Positions 26,800-39,700 of a DNA stretch of 64,000 bases are shown one piece after another; position 1 is the first letter of the stretch, and the number at the start of each line of letters is the position of its first letter. The DNA is from Azolla caroliniana (taxonomy: Eukaryota > Plantae > Polypodiophyta), in assembly GCA_043228905.1 (NCBI GenBank), contig JBHGNT010000004.1, positions 1,054,001 to 1,118,000 of the forward strand, written 5' to 3'. The position numbers and the translations under genes were made by a program. The notes under the pieces are model-generated. The model was not told the DNA's origin. It saw only the letters and a program-made list of their open reading frames with translations, and searched no databases.

Positions 26800-27540
26800 G
26801 AGCGAGAGGCGGGGGAGGTTCGGGGAAGGACAGGCTCGGATTTAGGTTTGGGTAGGTGTAGCAGGCCCGAGCTGCGAAGAACAAAGGGCTTAAAACGCAA
26901 AACAGAGAGAGAGCGAGAGAGAGAGTGTGGGCAGGGGAGGCTCGGTGAAGGCCAGGCTCGGATTTAGGTTTGGGTAGGTGTAGCAGGCCCGAGCTGCGAA
27001 GAACAAAGGGCTTAAAAACGCAAAACAGAGAGAGAGCGAGAGAGAGAGTGTGGGCAGGGGAGGCTCGGTGAAGGCCAGGCTCGGATTTAGGTTTGGGTAG
27101 GTGTAGCAGGCCCGAGCTGCGAAGAACAAAGGGCTTAAAAACGCAAAACAGAGAGAGAGCGAGAGAGAGAGTGTGGGCAGGGGAGGCTCGGTGAAGGCCA
27201 GGCTCGGATTTAGGTTTGGGTAGGTGTAGCAGGCCCGAGCTGCGAAGAACAAAGGGCTTAAAAACGCAAAACAGAGATAGAGAGAGACAGGGGGAGGCGG
27301 GGGAGGTTCGGGGAAGGACAGAGTCGGATTTAGGTTTGGGTAGGTGTATCAGGCCCGAAGCTACGAAGAACAAAGGGCTTAAAAAACAAAAGAGAGAGAG
27401 AGAGAGAGAGACAGGGAGATGCGGGGGACGTTCGGTGAAGGCCAGGCTCGGATTTAGGTTTGGATAGGTGCAGCAGGCCCGAAGCTGCGAAGAACAAAGT
27501 GCTTAAAAACGCAAAACACACAGACAGAGACAGACAGACA
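26800..27540. repeat. GC-rich ~122-bp tandem repeat, 6 copies, upstream of the RGG-protein gene
   Basis: Unit ggctcggatttaggtttgggtaggtgtagcaggcccgagctgcgaagaacaaagggcttaaaaacgcaaaac(GA)n...ggtgaaggcca starts at 26833, 26955, 27078, 27201, 27321 and 27445; the central copies are nearly identical. Confidence 0.95.
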
Positions 27541-27679
27541 GACAATACACCCACCCACCCACCCATCCGCAGGTCTCTCTCTCTCTTATCGCATCTCCAT
27601 CCCCATCCCCTTCTTCTCCTTCCTCTTCCACAGGTTTCTATCCCTAACTTCAGATTTTGAGGCCATTTTCAGTCGCATA

Positions 27680-28330
27680 CTTTGATCCGCAGAAGACTCA
27701 TATATTCTGTGGTTTGTTCTCCAGGGGCTCCACCCATCGATCCTCTGTTCTCCACCGCCTTTGATCCATCTACCCTCTGCTGTTCTCCGCAGGTTCGAGA
27801 TCCATCAATCCCTCCGTTCGTTCTCCACACGATCCATCGGCCCCTCTGTTTGTTCGCTGTTCCGATCCACCGATCCTTTGTTGTCCACGGCTCGGTCCAT
27901 CTGTATTCTCTTCTCCCCTGTTTGATCCATTGGTCCTCTCTTCTCTGCTGTTTGATCCATCAATCCTCTGTTCTCCACAGTTTCAATTAATGGATCTCCT
28001 GTTCTCCATAGTTCCATCCATCAATCCCCCTGTTCTCACAGTTTCCCCACTGTCATATAAATTGATCCCCTTTGTTACATCATCAGATTGATCGACCTTG
28101 TTTCCTATCTTCTCTTCGACATCAAAATTTTTCCACCCCTCCCTGTACGCTCCAGTGTCAGTTTGTTCCACCCCCTCTCTCCTCACCAGCAGATAAATCC
28201 ACTCCTGTTCTGTCTCTGCCAACCATCTGATTTATCGACCCCCCTTCGATCAAACGACAGATCGGTCCACCCCCTTCTCTCTACTGTCAGAGTTTTCCTT
28301 CCTATGTTGTCTCTCCACTGTTGGAATGAT
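27680..28330. repeat. Degenerate ~30-bp pyrimidine-rich minisatellite (gatccatc...ctctgttctcc) in the probable 5'UTR or first intron
   Basis: More than 10 recurrences of gatcca(t/c)c followed by ctctgttctcc(a/g)cag-like tracts. Confidence 0.7.
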
Positions 28331-28779
28331 CCTACCAGTTCCGAGGAGCTTTGAAAATTCACAATTTTGAAGACCCAGTTGGGGATTTTTGTTCTCAGGA
28401 TCGAATCCTGTTGCTTTCTTCCAGGTTGAGCTCTTACATGTTTTTCTTCTGCATTCCTACTAGTGTTTTACAGGGAATTTAGTTTGTGGATGGAATTATA
28501 ATCAGGTTGTAAAACAGGTCTTGTGAGGTTATGATCAGATTGTAATGAGGATATAATCAGGTTTTTGCGATGCATTCGGACATTGATATATATATATATA
28601 GAGAGAGAGAGAGGGGGGGGGGGAGATAGAGAGCTTTAGATAAGCTTTCTTTACAGATCATTAAAAGGAATGGAAGAACTGTTTCTGCACGGTTGAACAG
28701 GGTTTTTGCTTTGTGTATGCTGAGTGTTGTTAAGCATGCATCACAATACAATACAAATTTGATGTAGAAATTGAAATGG

Positions 28780-29420
28780 CTCCTGAAGGAAGTAGAAAAA
28801 ATGATTGAAAAAATCCCCAACAGGTGAAGAGGAAATATAGCTGCATCACAGCTTTGTAGCTGAACATAGATCACGAAACACTTCCGAAGAAATTGTATAA
28901 AATGAGGTACCTTTAACCTATGTCTTGGTTGATTATATGTAGTAGATCAATAAATAGCAGGATAGAATATTTCTTAGAGCAGGTGCGCCGACATGACCCA
29001 TATCTTCAATTTTGCTTTCACACACATGCACACGTTCACAGATGTACAAACATACACAGAAGGTAGAAACTCAAAAGTTTTCAGAGAATATATATGGAGA
29101 ACATTGTGAGAAAATCTATGATCCATCATGGCTGGTAAGCAATTACAGGTCTATAAAGTAAATGAGGAATAATCCCACAGGTGAACAGGAAATAATTCCT
29201 TGGAGCTAGATAAGCTGGATGGGAAAAAAACAAACAAACATTACAATACAAAGTGAAGTAGAGCATGAAAGTGTTCAAAGGAAAGAAAACATGAGGACAA
29301 CGATTTGACTTTTAAACCATGTTTCGCGAAGTATGTCTACGATAGCCAAGGAACATAGCAAGGTAGGGCATTTTGCCTAGAACAGGTGCGACAACACATG
29401 ACCTATGCATTCAATTTTAA
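28780..29420. repeat. Old degenerate duplication of roughly 360-400 bp in an upstream intron
   Basis: Paired blocks: aatccc..acaggtgaa.aggaaat (~28812 / ~29171) and tagaRcaggtgcg..acatgacc.at..ttcaatttt (~28975 / ~29378). Confidence 0.55.
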
Positions 29421-31075
29421 GTTTAGGTAGGAAATATCAAGCTCTTTTCCGAGATCCATTGCTCTTCTAGCATCAAGCCATAAAAGAACCAGTCATCAAT
29501 TCAAGTAATCCATTACTCTCCTAGTCATTCAAACCATGAATGATCCAATAATTGTTGAGTTCATCAAGGTTGCATTGTATTCTCTATCTCGGAAAGCAGC
29601 CATGGAGAACAATGTGCGCAAGCTTGGATCCATCTCAGCCCCAGAAGGAGTGTGGAAATCAATCAGATTCTTGAAAAGTTCAGGCCTTCTGTTTCTCTTC
29701 CATCAAATGGAACTTACTGAAGTTTCTTGCTATTAAAGAGAGAACTATTTGCACTCGTGGATGACAGCAATTGACGAACAATCTTGGTGTGCCAAACAAA
29801 GATCCCTTTCTTGATGCCCTATGGGCATATAGGTTTTTTTTGCTTTTCATGGCATCACAAGTGTTTTTTTACCCTTTTCCATGGGTTTAATGCATGGACA
29901 AAAACGTTCAATGAGGTGAACAATCTTCATGGGCTGCAATAAAGATCCCCTTTCTGATGTCCTACTGGCATGTAATTTTTTGCTTGCTTTTTTTGGCACT
30001 ATGGGTTTCCCAAAACGAAACCAAGCTCTCATATACTTGGAATATTAGAAGATCATGGTTCAGTTTGTGGCTGCTAGCTGTGTACATTTTGGCAGCAATA
30101 AGCATCCAGGTGACCAATAAAAGTTTTAAGCATGACTTCTTTTATCAATAATTGACTATTTGAAGCGTGTTCATCGGAAATTGCTTCGTAGGTTGACGAA
30201 TGTACTGTCATAATAGTGGTATGATTCAGCTTCAAGTGGAAACCTGAGAATGGTTAGGTCAAACAGAAATTTTGCTTAGAACCTTCTCACAGGATAAACA
30301 GGTTATGAGATATGAGAGGCATGGAGCAATCTTCATGTTATAATTAACTTCACAAGAGCTCAGAAATAGGTTGGGTTTCATAATCCCTTGGAAAAGGGGC
30401 CATCTATCCATTCTTGGATTTAGCATATCTCTTTGAGCATGTGTATATTAAGGAGCAGTAGCCATTTGAGAGGATGATATCTGCTGGAATCTTGTTTGAG
30501 TATTCAGTTTGCTTACATGGATCCTCGCGATCACGAGGATTTACTATTGATCCCTTTGCTGGAATGAGTGTAGAAGTAACTCCATCCACAGGTTAGTCTT
30601 GGGGAAGCATCTGGTTTGGTTCAAACTATGTAAAAAGACGATCTAGGTGAATTGAACAAAGATATTAGAATTTTCTACATTAAGATTCAAAATATACTTT
30701 GTATTGCAATTCTTCTTTTGCTTTTCATTGTGCCTTTAAAAGGAAAAGATTCAGATTGAAGTTTTGTTAGGATTACTACGTTCCAGCATTAATGTCACTG
30801 AGAAGTTTCTTGGTTTTTAAGTTTTTTCATGTGCATTAATCTGGATTGTCTAAAAATATTTGTGTTTTGTATAACAGATTGGAGAGGTCGAGTGTGGAAA
30901 AGCTTTCTAGTGGACTGAGGTCAAGTTATATGGAAATAAGAGGTCAAGAGAATGTGAATGCCTATGACCTTTTAAGCATTTGAAAGTCTAAGGATTCAAT
31001 ATACATATTGTGACTGCAATCTTGATTTATTTTCTTCAGGTAGCTACCTCAAGGAAGGAATCCTCAGCTTCAAAC

Positions 31076-34000
31076 ATGCTGCCTACCAATTTCTGTCACG
31101 GGCAAGCTTCGCAAAATGGTAGATGTAAAGATCACAGTGCAGATAAAGTTGGTTTGAAGTGCCCCATGAACTCAACTCAAACAAGTTCTAGCATTAAAAG
31201 CATTCCGGATATCGAGTCCAAAGAAAGTGGTTCTGCAAAGGTTAGCTGTAACGAAAAGCTTTTTCATATTACATCCACATGTATGGTTTGGGATCCCTTG
31301 TTTTCTGTTATAAAGCTTTTTTTTGCAGCATCAATACGGAGGATCCCTCTTTATCTATTAGGAAGTGAAGTTATTGTAGGAGTGGTTAGCGTTAGCTTAA
31401 ATGTTTTTCATGCAATATCAATATAAATGATCCCTTCATGGATTAAGAAGTTTCAATAAATGTTTTTGATACAGTCAATGGTGCTGGGTCGGCGATTCAA
31501 TGATACCCCGGCCATTGTGCCAATAAAGAAGCGGAGAATTCAAATTGTTGAAGCTATGAGGTCTCCATCACCATCACCATCATCACCACCGAGATCACCA
31601 TCGCCTCAGACATTTTCTTCACACAGATTGGCTTCTGCATTATATACGTGCTCTCCATCAAGGCAATCCTCTTCACATTGCATGGTACCCTCTCCTACAC
31701 CTTCCTCACCCAACTCCTTAAGCATTTGTAAAGATCAGAATTTTCTTGCATCAAACAAGATCGAAAAGTTCTTGGGACAAGAAGGGGAGCAAGAAAAACA
31801 AGGTATAACAAAGATCGAAGAATACCAAGGCGCCATTGACAGCGCAGATAGGGGTTTGTCGGAGAGTTATTGTGAAGACACTAATAAGATAAGTTCCCAA
31901 ATTGTCAGGCAGAATATTGAGGATCTTTCACCTGAAAGGGCACATGATGAGATTGCCAGATCTGAATCAGGTAGCATTGGTAGAGATGATAGATTGCATT
32001 GGGATCTGAATACAGATATGGCAGCTTGGGATACCGTCTCAGATCAGGATGGTGGCAAGAATGTTGATTGTGAAAGTGCAGAAAGTCCTGACACTTCAAC
32101 TAGCAGAGCTTCCGATGATAGTAGTCATGGTGAGAGAAGGGTGCATCGTGTAAGTGCTGACATGGAAGAGAGGGATGAAGAGGCGAAGCGAAAAATTGAC
32201 CATAATAATGCACTAGTAGAGAACTGCAGCAGCATGAAACAAAAAACATCACTGTTAACTAGACACACTGGATGGGAGTTGGATAATGGGGTGTATAATA
32301 TGAGATATGGAAGACGTGAGCCAACATCTGATCTTGGAGAGATCCATGATGAATTGGAGGTACAAGATCATGAAAAGGATATTGCTAAAAGAGTCTTATC
32401 AGAACCCAAAAAGCAGTTGAAATCAGATGATGGCAAACATGATATTGATGGAAGGGGCTTTTTAGAATTTGAAAAGCAGATAAAATCAAATGACTATGAA
32501 GATGATATAATCAAAAGGCGCTTATCAGAATCTGAAAAGCAGATTAGATCAGATGATGTCAAAAACAATACCATTGAAGTTGGCATATCAGAATCTGAGG
32601 AGATTAGATCAGATGATGCCAAAGATAATATCATTGAAAAGTGCATATCAGAATCCAAAAAGAACATGAGTGCAGATGATGGGAAAGAGGATATTGTTGA
32701 AAGGAGCTTGTTAAAATCTAAAAAACATATCAAATCATATGATGCTGAAGATGATATTCTCGAAATGGGCTTTTCTGAATCAAAAAAGCATATCAGATCA
32801 GATGGTGTCAAAAATGATATCATTGAAAAGGATATATCAGAATCGGAAAAGCAAATCAAATCAGAAGATGTTGGAGATTGGAACATGTCCGAAGAGCCGG
32901 AAGGAGAGGAGCATGTTGATTATGGTGATTCTGACTTCAGAGATGTTGATGAGATTGGTTTGGGTATAGATGACAAAACCGATTCAATGGTGCAAACCGA
33001 GGGATACTCAAATAGTGAATTGGGGAAGCATGTCTTACGTACTGGTGACACACGCTCCGACAGGGATGAAACACAGAGTAGAGCTTCGTCTCATGAAGAC
33101 GGAGTTCGTAATGAAAATCAAGGAAAATTTATAACATCAGGTAGGAGGAGACCTACAGGTTGGGATCAGCTCCCAGAAGGTTTTGACAATCCTGAAGAGG
33201 CCCTAAAAGCGGCCAAAGAGATGGCTCCTCGTCGCGGTGGCCGATCTACAACATGGATCGCTTCTGGAGGACGGGGATCTAATGGGTCAAATCGAGTGGG
33301 AGCCACTCCACGAGATGGATACTCAGCAGGTAGAATAGATAGTGGTTATTATGGCGAGAGGCGCTCTGATGATAATATGACTGACCGAGAGAACTTCAAT
33401 CGAGGAAGAAGGTAAAAAATTGGGATTTCTACTTTTACATTTCAATCTAACATTTTTTATTCCGTGCACCTTTTTTAAGCAGATATGGATGTGAATTTTA
33501 TTTTATTTTGCACAGATCAGATGATGGTTTCAGTGCCCATAATGCTGCTGTGGCTAGAGGCCGAAACCTTGGGAGGAGAGAAGGGATATTTGGCGGCAGG
33601 GGAAGAGGATCGGGGTGGGTTGAAGGTCAGGGAAGCCCTATAAATCAATGGGGGCGACAGCGAACGCCGTCTTCTTATGGTGGACCAACAGGAATGGCTC
33701 CAGCACGGGTAGGCAGTGGTGGTGGGTTCATTCTAGCTCATGATGGTACTACTACTATTCCGAAGCCAGGAAGCGGAATCATAAGTGGTGGTCGGGGTGG
33801 AATGCGTCCACTTGTTAATCGAGGTGGCCGTGGCCCACTTCTTCAGATAGGTCGAGCAAGTCCAATGGACATGGATGTAGGGATGCATTATTCAATGAGG
33901 GCAGGAAATAGGCCCAATGGAATGACTGGAGGAGGTCGTGGCTTGGGTGTTATACATGACCCTCGAAATGGGTCGTCTTCTGGACGAGGCTTGGTTGATC

Positions 34001-34758
34001 GATACCGAAGTATCAGCGGGGGGCCACCACCACAACAATCAAGAAGAAGTGAATCACCACGAAGGTCATCTTCATCTTCGTCTTCTCATCGTATGGATCA
34101 TCACCATCATCATTATCCGAATGTATCGAATCGGATGCCAAGCATGAGGTCTGAGTCGCAAATTGTGAAGTCGAGAAACTCTCCATCAGAATATATTCCG
34201 ACTAGGAGTCAACAACGTTCCCCACCTCCATCATCAAGATGGTCGATGGATAAGAGAGAAGGAGATGGCCAAAGAGAGAGGGATATAAGGCGTTCCTCTG
34301 TATCCCGACTCCATGCTCCTCCTCAAAGGACCTCTCCACATGTTGTGCATGGGTCCTCTCTAATGGATGAGCGGGATCGGCAAGTGCTTGCTGTGACGCG
34401 ACATTCTCCTTCTCCATTGTTAAAAGGTGCCCCTGAGAGTAGTAGTTTGGAAGCCCGGCAACAGCCATTAAGGAGAGGTGAAGAAGGAGATGAAGGAGGG
34501 CCACCACAGCATTTCAGATCACAATCTAAGGAACTAGAGGATCGTGCAAGTCCTAGAGATGATAAGGACCGGTATAAGGGATATTTCTCCTATAGAAGAG
34601 ATAGGGATAGGGATAGGGATATGACAGATATCGAAGATCGAAGGAGAGATCCACATAAGATGCTAAACAAAGACGAGAGACTGGTAAGTGGAGAGAAACA
34701 TGCCATTGGTCGTGATACTGATGATGATGTTGCACCTAGAAGGCGGCGGCATTCGTGA
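31076..34758 (+). CDS. Large intrinsically disordered protein of the At5g13590-like family (PIKKR and WDLNTxM motifs) with RGG/RS/RD-rich C-terminus; true start may be further upstream
   Basis: In-phase exons 31076-31240, 31475-33411 and 33516-34758 with GT-AG sites. Motifs VPIKKRR, LHWDLNTDMAAWD and EHVDYGDSD; RGG repeats, RSxSP and (RD)n tracts. The family assignment is from motif recall. Confidence 0.85.
32366..32870 (+). repeat. Coding tandem repeat, 8 x 63 nt (21 aa; consensus DxKxDIIExGxSESxKxIxSD)
   Basis: DHEKDIAKRVLSEPKKQLKSD / DGKHDIDGRGFLEFEKQIKSN / DYEDDIIKRRLSESEKQIRSD ... / GVKNDIIEKDISESEKQIKSE, all in frame. Confidence 0.9.
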
Positions 34759-36738
34759 CGTATTTTGTTTTTTGTCCTTGGAACTTCACTTTACCTTATT
34801 TGCATTTTTTTGGGATCTGGTTCACTTGCATAAAAAGATTTTTTTTCTTATTTTCTTTTTCGTATTCGGGTGGGTGAACATTTATTTATTTTTGCTTCTT
34901 CGATTTCCTTATTTATTTGAGGATCAAAAGGTGGTGGTGTTTTTTTACAAAGTTATTATCTTCTCCAATATCTTCGTGGTGCTAATAAGGAAGTGGTATG
35001 CATCTGCTCCTGATGATGTTGTCCTAGTGTTTGAAAGGACTGAATGAATGATGTGTTCATCTATAATGCCACACGACATATCAAAGGTTGGGTGTTTTGC
35101 CCACCTGTTGACTGGTAGGCATACAAACTAATTTTGAAGCCTCATATCCCTTATGTAGCATGACTTATTAAATGCTCTCAAGGATAGAAGGATGTTTATC
35201 CTCAATCTCTCTTTGTTCGTAATGATAGAGATTATGTAAATCTATCTTTCGAAGGCGAGACAATTTCTTGTAAAGATGAAATAAAATTGCTGATTTTTTT
35301 TTTGTTAATCCATCTGTATATGGCTATCCACTCCCTAGAACTTTTCATTATTGCTTCCTTGTGAAGCATCTCCAAATTTTGTTTCAGCTCAGAAATTTTT
35401 GGATTTGATAAAGCACATGAAATTTATACTGTAAATATGAATTACTGTTTTATCAAGAGTAAAAGATAGTTTTGAATCACAAAGCAAATAAATTTTGGTT
35501 ATAGTGGAGGTTAAATATTGGGTGTCTTATAATTCCTTCTTAACTGAGATGCATTCTATGTCTTATTACTGCAACATGCAAAGTGCTCCAGTGACTGCTG
35601 GATAGAGAAAGTGTGGAGAAAATTTATTGTTAAGAGGCCAAATGTTGAGATATCTGAAGGTAACGTATATAATAGCATTAATGAACTCATCAGGGATGTG
35701 CTGCTAGTGTAACTCCAGCTAAACACCCATTTTACTTTGTCATTAACATATAATCTAGCTAAAGCCCCTTCAATTTCCCAATCAACATATTGTTTACATT
35801 AACAATTGTTTAATTTGAATAACATTTTAAAATATCCTATCTCTTGGTAAAGTTTTTGATGTATGAACCAGAAAACATTTTTGAAACAATGTACAACGTA
35901 ATAAACTAGAAATGTGCATTTCAAATTACTAGAGCACCAGTTCAATTTCCAAATCCCAACAATGTGAGTTAAGAAAATAAGTAAATATCAAAAGATGAAT
36001 GTAAACAAGTACCATTTATTCAAATAATGGTTACTACTTGCATCAAGTGTATTAACAGAGATACATGCATTAAAAGAAAGTATTACACAATTGATTTTAT
36101 TTTTGATAATTTCCTATACTCTTTGACTCATGTGTCATGAGCTCTCATGATTTCATGGTCCAAAGCTTATCTTAGCATTGTATTGATGACATGAGTATAA
36201 CAAACATATCAACAATTTTTTAATCGAGTGGCTTTACTTACATATGTAACACTACAAACTCCTCTATAAAAAACAAAAATTATTTTAGCATATCATTGGA
36301 ATTTTAAGTAACATGCTTAACTTTTCATTATCATATATTCAATTTACATGCAGAATTCTGCATGTAAAAAGAAAAAATAGAATTATAATTTTACAGCAGA
36401 GTCTCAAAGGAATTGGTGTTAAAGAAAAATGGACTAGTAAACCCTCTTTTACAGGGTGGAAGTATCAATTATATGACTCTGTTTTCCTTTTGCTTCTAGC
36501 AATAACTATTTAATTACATGATGCAAGAAATTTGTTGTCTGTTTCTCAACTCAAGGCATCTGTTTCACAAAAAAGTACTTTGATATTTTGACTTTCCAAC
36601 TGTTTAGTGGTCGTGATCGCAGAGAAATGCTAATGGTTTCTCTTACCTCGTTATGGAAATTCCCAGATGCCATCAATAATCAAGACTATCAATAGCACAA
36701 CACACAATGCATTTACATGATGTACGAAGGTATACACA

Positions 36739-39700
36739 TTATCTCAATCTAGGACTCCGAGAACCCCGTTGGCTAGATCGGATACTATAACCATCTATGT
36801 TTGTATTCATCCCAATACTTGTTTGCCTATTCAATAACTGTTGCCGCAGGATCCGCGGAGAAAGGTACTCATCATCAGTGTCATAATTCCAACTAGCATC
36901 ACACGAAAGTGCCTTCAATATTACAGTCAATATCAGTGCAAGCACCTGGATTTGTGTAGTTGATTTAGTTCAAATGTCTCATAAGATCTACCTTAATGTA
37001 CAGAAAATATAAATGGTTTTTCCAGTTTAACGCTTTAGTTAAGGGATTTTTAAAATACTGTTTTCTTCTTTTCATGAATTTAGTATGAAAATATGCCATA
37101 CATTGTGGCGCCTCTCCAAAACCCAAAAAATACACATGGCTACATATGTTTTTGGGTGTATGCATTTCATCATTCATCAGTTACATACGACATGTATAAT
37201 ATACCATATTTAAATTTTTTTTAAACACATGTATTATGATACGTATACATTCCTACACATACTGAGAAACAAAAATACAAAAACAAATCTGAAGAAAATA
37301 ATTCCCTAAGAGATGAGGAGCGCAAAAGAGAAGTCAATAAAAGTTGGAGTAAACTTTACCCAAATTTGGAAACTTTGATAAAAGAGAACTACGTCTATGC
37401 AAAAGAGAATTCACAAACCTTGTTTTAGCTAGCAAAACCACCAAATTAAACGACAGCACAAGGATGCAATACACAAACACTGTTACAACACCATTGACCC
37501 ATAAATTGTAGCTGACCTGAATAATCATTACTGCCAATGCAATCCATCTGAATACTTCAAGCCTGTCTTCGATATATTCCTCTAGAATGTCCAGTTGTCC
37601 AGTTGAATCAGTTGGTATAATCTACAATAATTTGAAATTAATGATTTTGTGTTTTCCAATCTAGATTAAAATGATCAATAAGCTCATAGAATTCATACCA
37701 TAAAATAAAGGTAGTATACATGTGTTGTGAATTATTTACCTTTTGCCAGCTTCCATTCAAACATATAAATGCAGCTACCGAAACCTCTGCCGCAATGGCA
37801 ATCAGCACAAATAGACAATACTTAAACAAGGTTAACAGAAACAGAGAAAGAACAAAAAAGAATGCAAATATTGAAGAAGAAAAAGATCTTGAAATATTTG
37901 CATTGAATAGAAGGATACACAATGAAGGCACGATTCATATGCTGTAGATGCTGCAATGTAACCAGAACATGCAATCAAAGTTATGATTGCTCCAAGAAAT
38001 AATACCACGTATAGAAACCTGCATAGATGAATTATATCAAGATGACTCTTGGATCGCCTGAGTTCCAAATAAATATATTGTAACAATAAATAGCATGAAC
38101 CCCCCCTCCAAAACATCAAGAGAAGGAAAGTTGGGCATACATCCATTTTCACAGTTTTTCTTTGTATTCATTGTGTGGATGTCAGAGACATTAAGAGGTC
38201 ATCCCTACAGGTGTCTTAGCATCCTTACTTGAGAAATTTGAGATGAATTAAGGTTCTTTGTAGGTTTATCAAACTTAAGGCAAGTGATATGATTATGGTT
38301 TGAAAACTATGCTAAGTGGATAATGCAAAGATTAGGATCAAAAAATTCTTGGCGGGATTGCAAGAGAAATAAGAGAAAACATATCCATTATAGTATTAAC
38401 AGATTCTTCACTGAAAGAGTTTTATGATGTTCTTGATGGTTTTTAAGGTTATTCAAGTGCATATACGGTCATTATAGAGAAATTTACATAAATAAACATA
38501 GAAGTTGATTCCAAAATGTCATTTTGAGGAAGCAAAAAATAAACAAAGATATATTAACCTCTTCTAAGATGTGGAATAACCTATGAGGCCAAACCGAAGA
38601 ATGCATCCTAGGTATTATTTAGGATCATGTGTATGCCACATTTCCCTTTCCCAATAAAAAGTATGTTTCTGCTCCTCTTATTCATACTCGAGTAGCATAA
38701 CACAATCACTGTAGTTTTCGCAAGGTTTACCGACAAATCTTTACAGCATCTAAACACCTCCAAAATCAGCAAGTGATATAGGTATGACTGTCTGCCAAGC
38801 ATTCTATTGAGCCACACAATACATCTTACATAATTAGATACCTCATATGTATAAAGACCAATGAGAATGGGGTTAAAATGGGCATCTATGTTTCTCTCCA
38901 AGCAGGCTAGCCACTACCTCTGACAATACATTAGGAGGACATTTCTCTTGAATGTGTTTCCTATAGGACATTATTCCTCATTGCATATCTACTGGGACTC
39001 TAGTCACAGTGAGTCAGCTACGTGGGACAAGAGCCAAGTATTGTACTTGTCCTATTTCTAGGAATTATGTGATCCTCACCCTTGAAGATTAGTACAATGG
39101 TGGGTTTTGTATAGCTCGTAGGGAAACTTTCACAACAAGTTCTATTAAACATGAGTGCAAGAAGCGGGACCAAGGCGTCACGAGGAGTTCTTTTGCTCAT
39201 TATATATCTTTCAAGAGCTTTCTCGCCATATCAAAATAGCGGTCTCTCTTTTGACATGCACCACTACTCTCTTTTGAGCCTGCATTTGTCCATATGGTTG
39301 CATGGGAACCTAAGTTTGGTAAATTCAATTCAATGTACTTGCAATTTACCGCACACATGCTTCCTTGTCGTCACTTATGCATTGCAGTTCATCTTTTTTC
39401 CTCCACCACCTTAGTAGGTTTTGACCCTTTTGTTCCAATGGCTACGTCTTACCATTTGAGACATGTTTTGTGGTCTTAAATTTCTTTTTTTCACTTTTTC
39501 TTTCGATGACCATTTCGACCAGAATCCCGAGCTGATGTAAAACTTCGACTTTTTGCACTTTTCTTCTATTGCACATACCATATCATGGTAGTGTTGCAAC
39601 CAACAACTGCCTGCTCACATTTTGGTCTCTCACACAATACTTTGCACACATGTCCTTTTGAGGAAGCGTATGTTTGTACCCTTGCCACTACAGATGATAG

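Noticed and set aside
26628-27566. Repetitive ORFs (LLHLPKPKSEP...)
   Set aside because: Products of the 122-bp tandem repeat; unit lengths are not consistently multiples of three.
32494-32886. 130-aa antisense ORF
   Set aside because: Antisense shadow of the coding 63-nt repeat.
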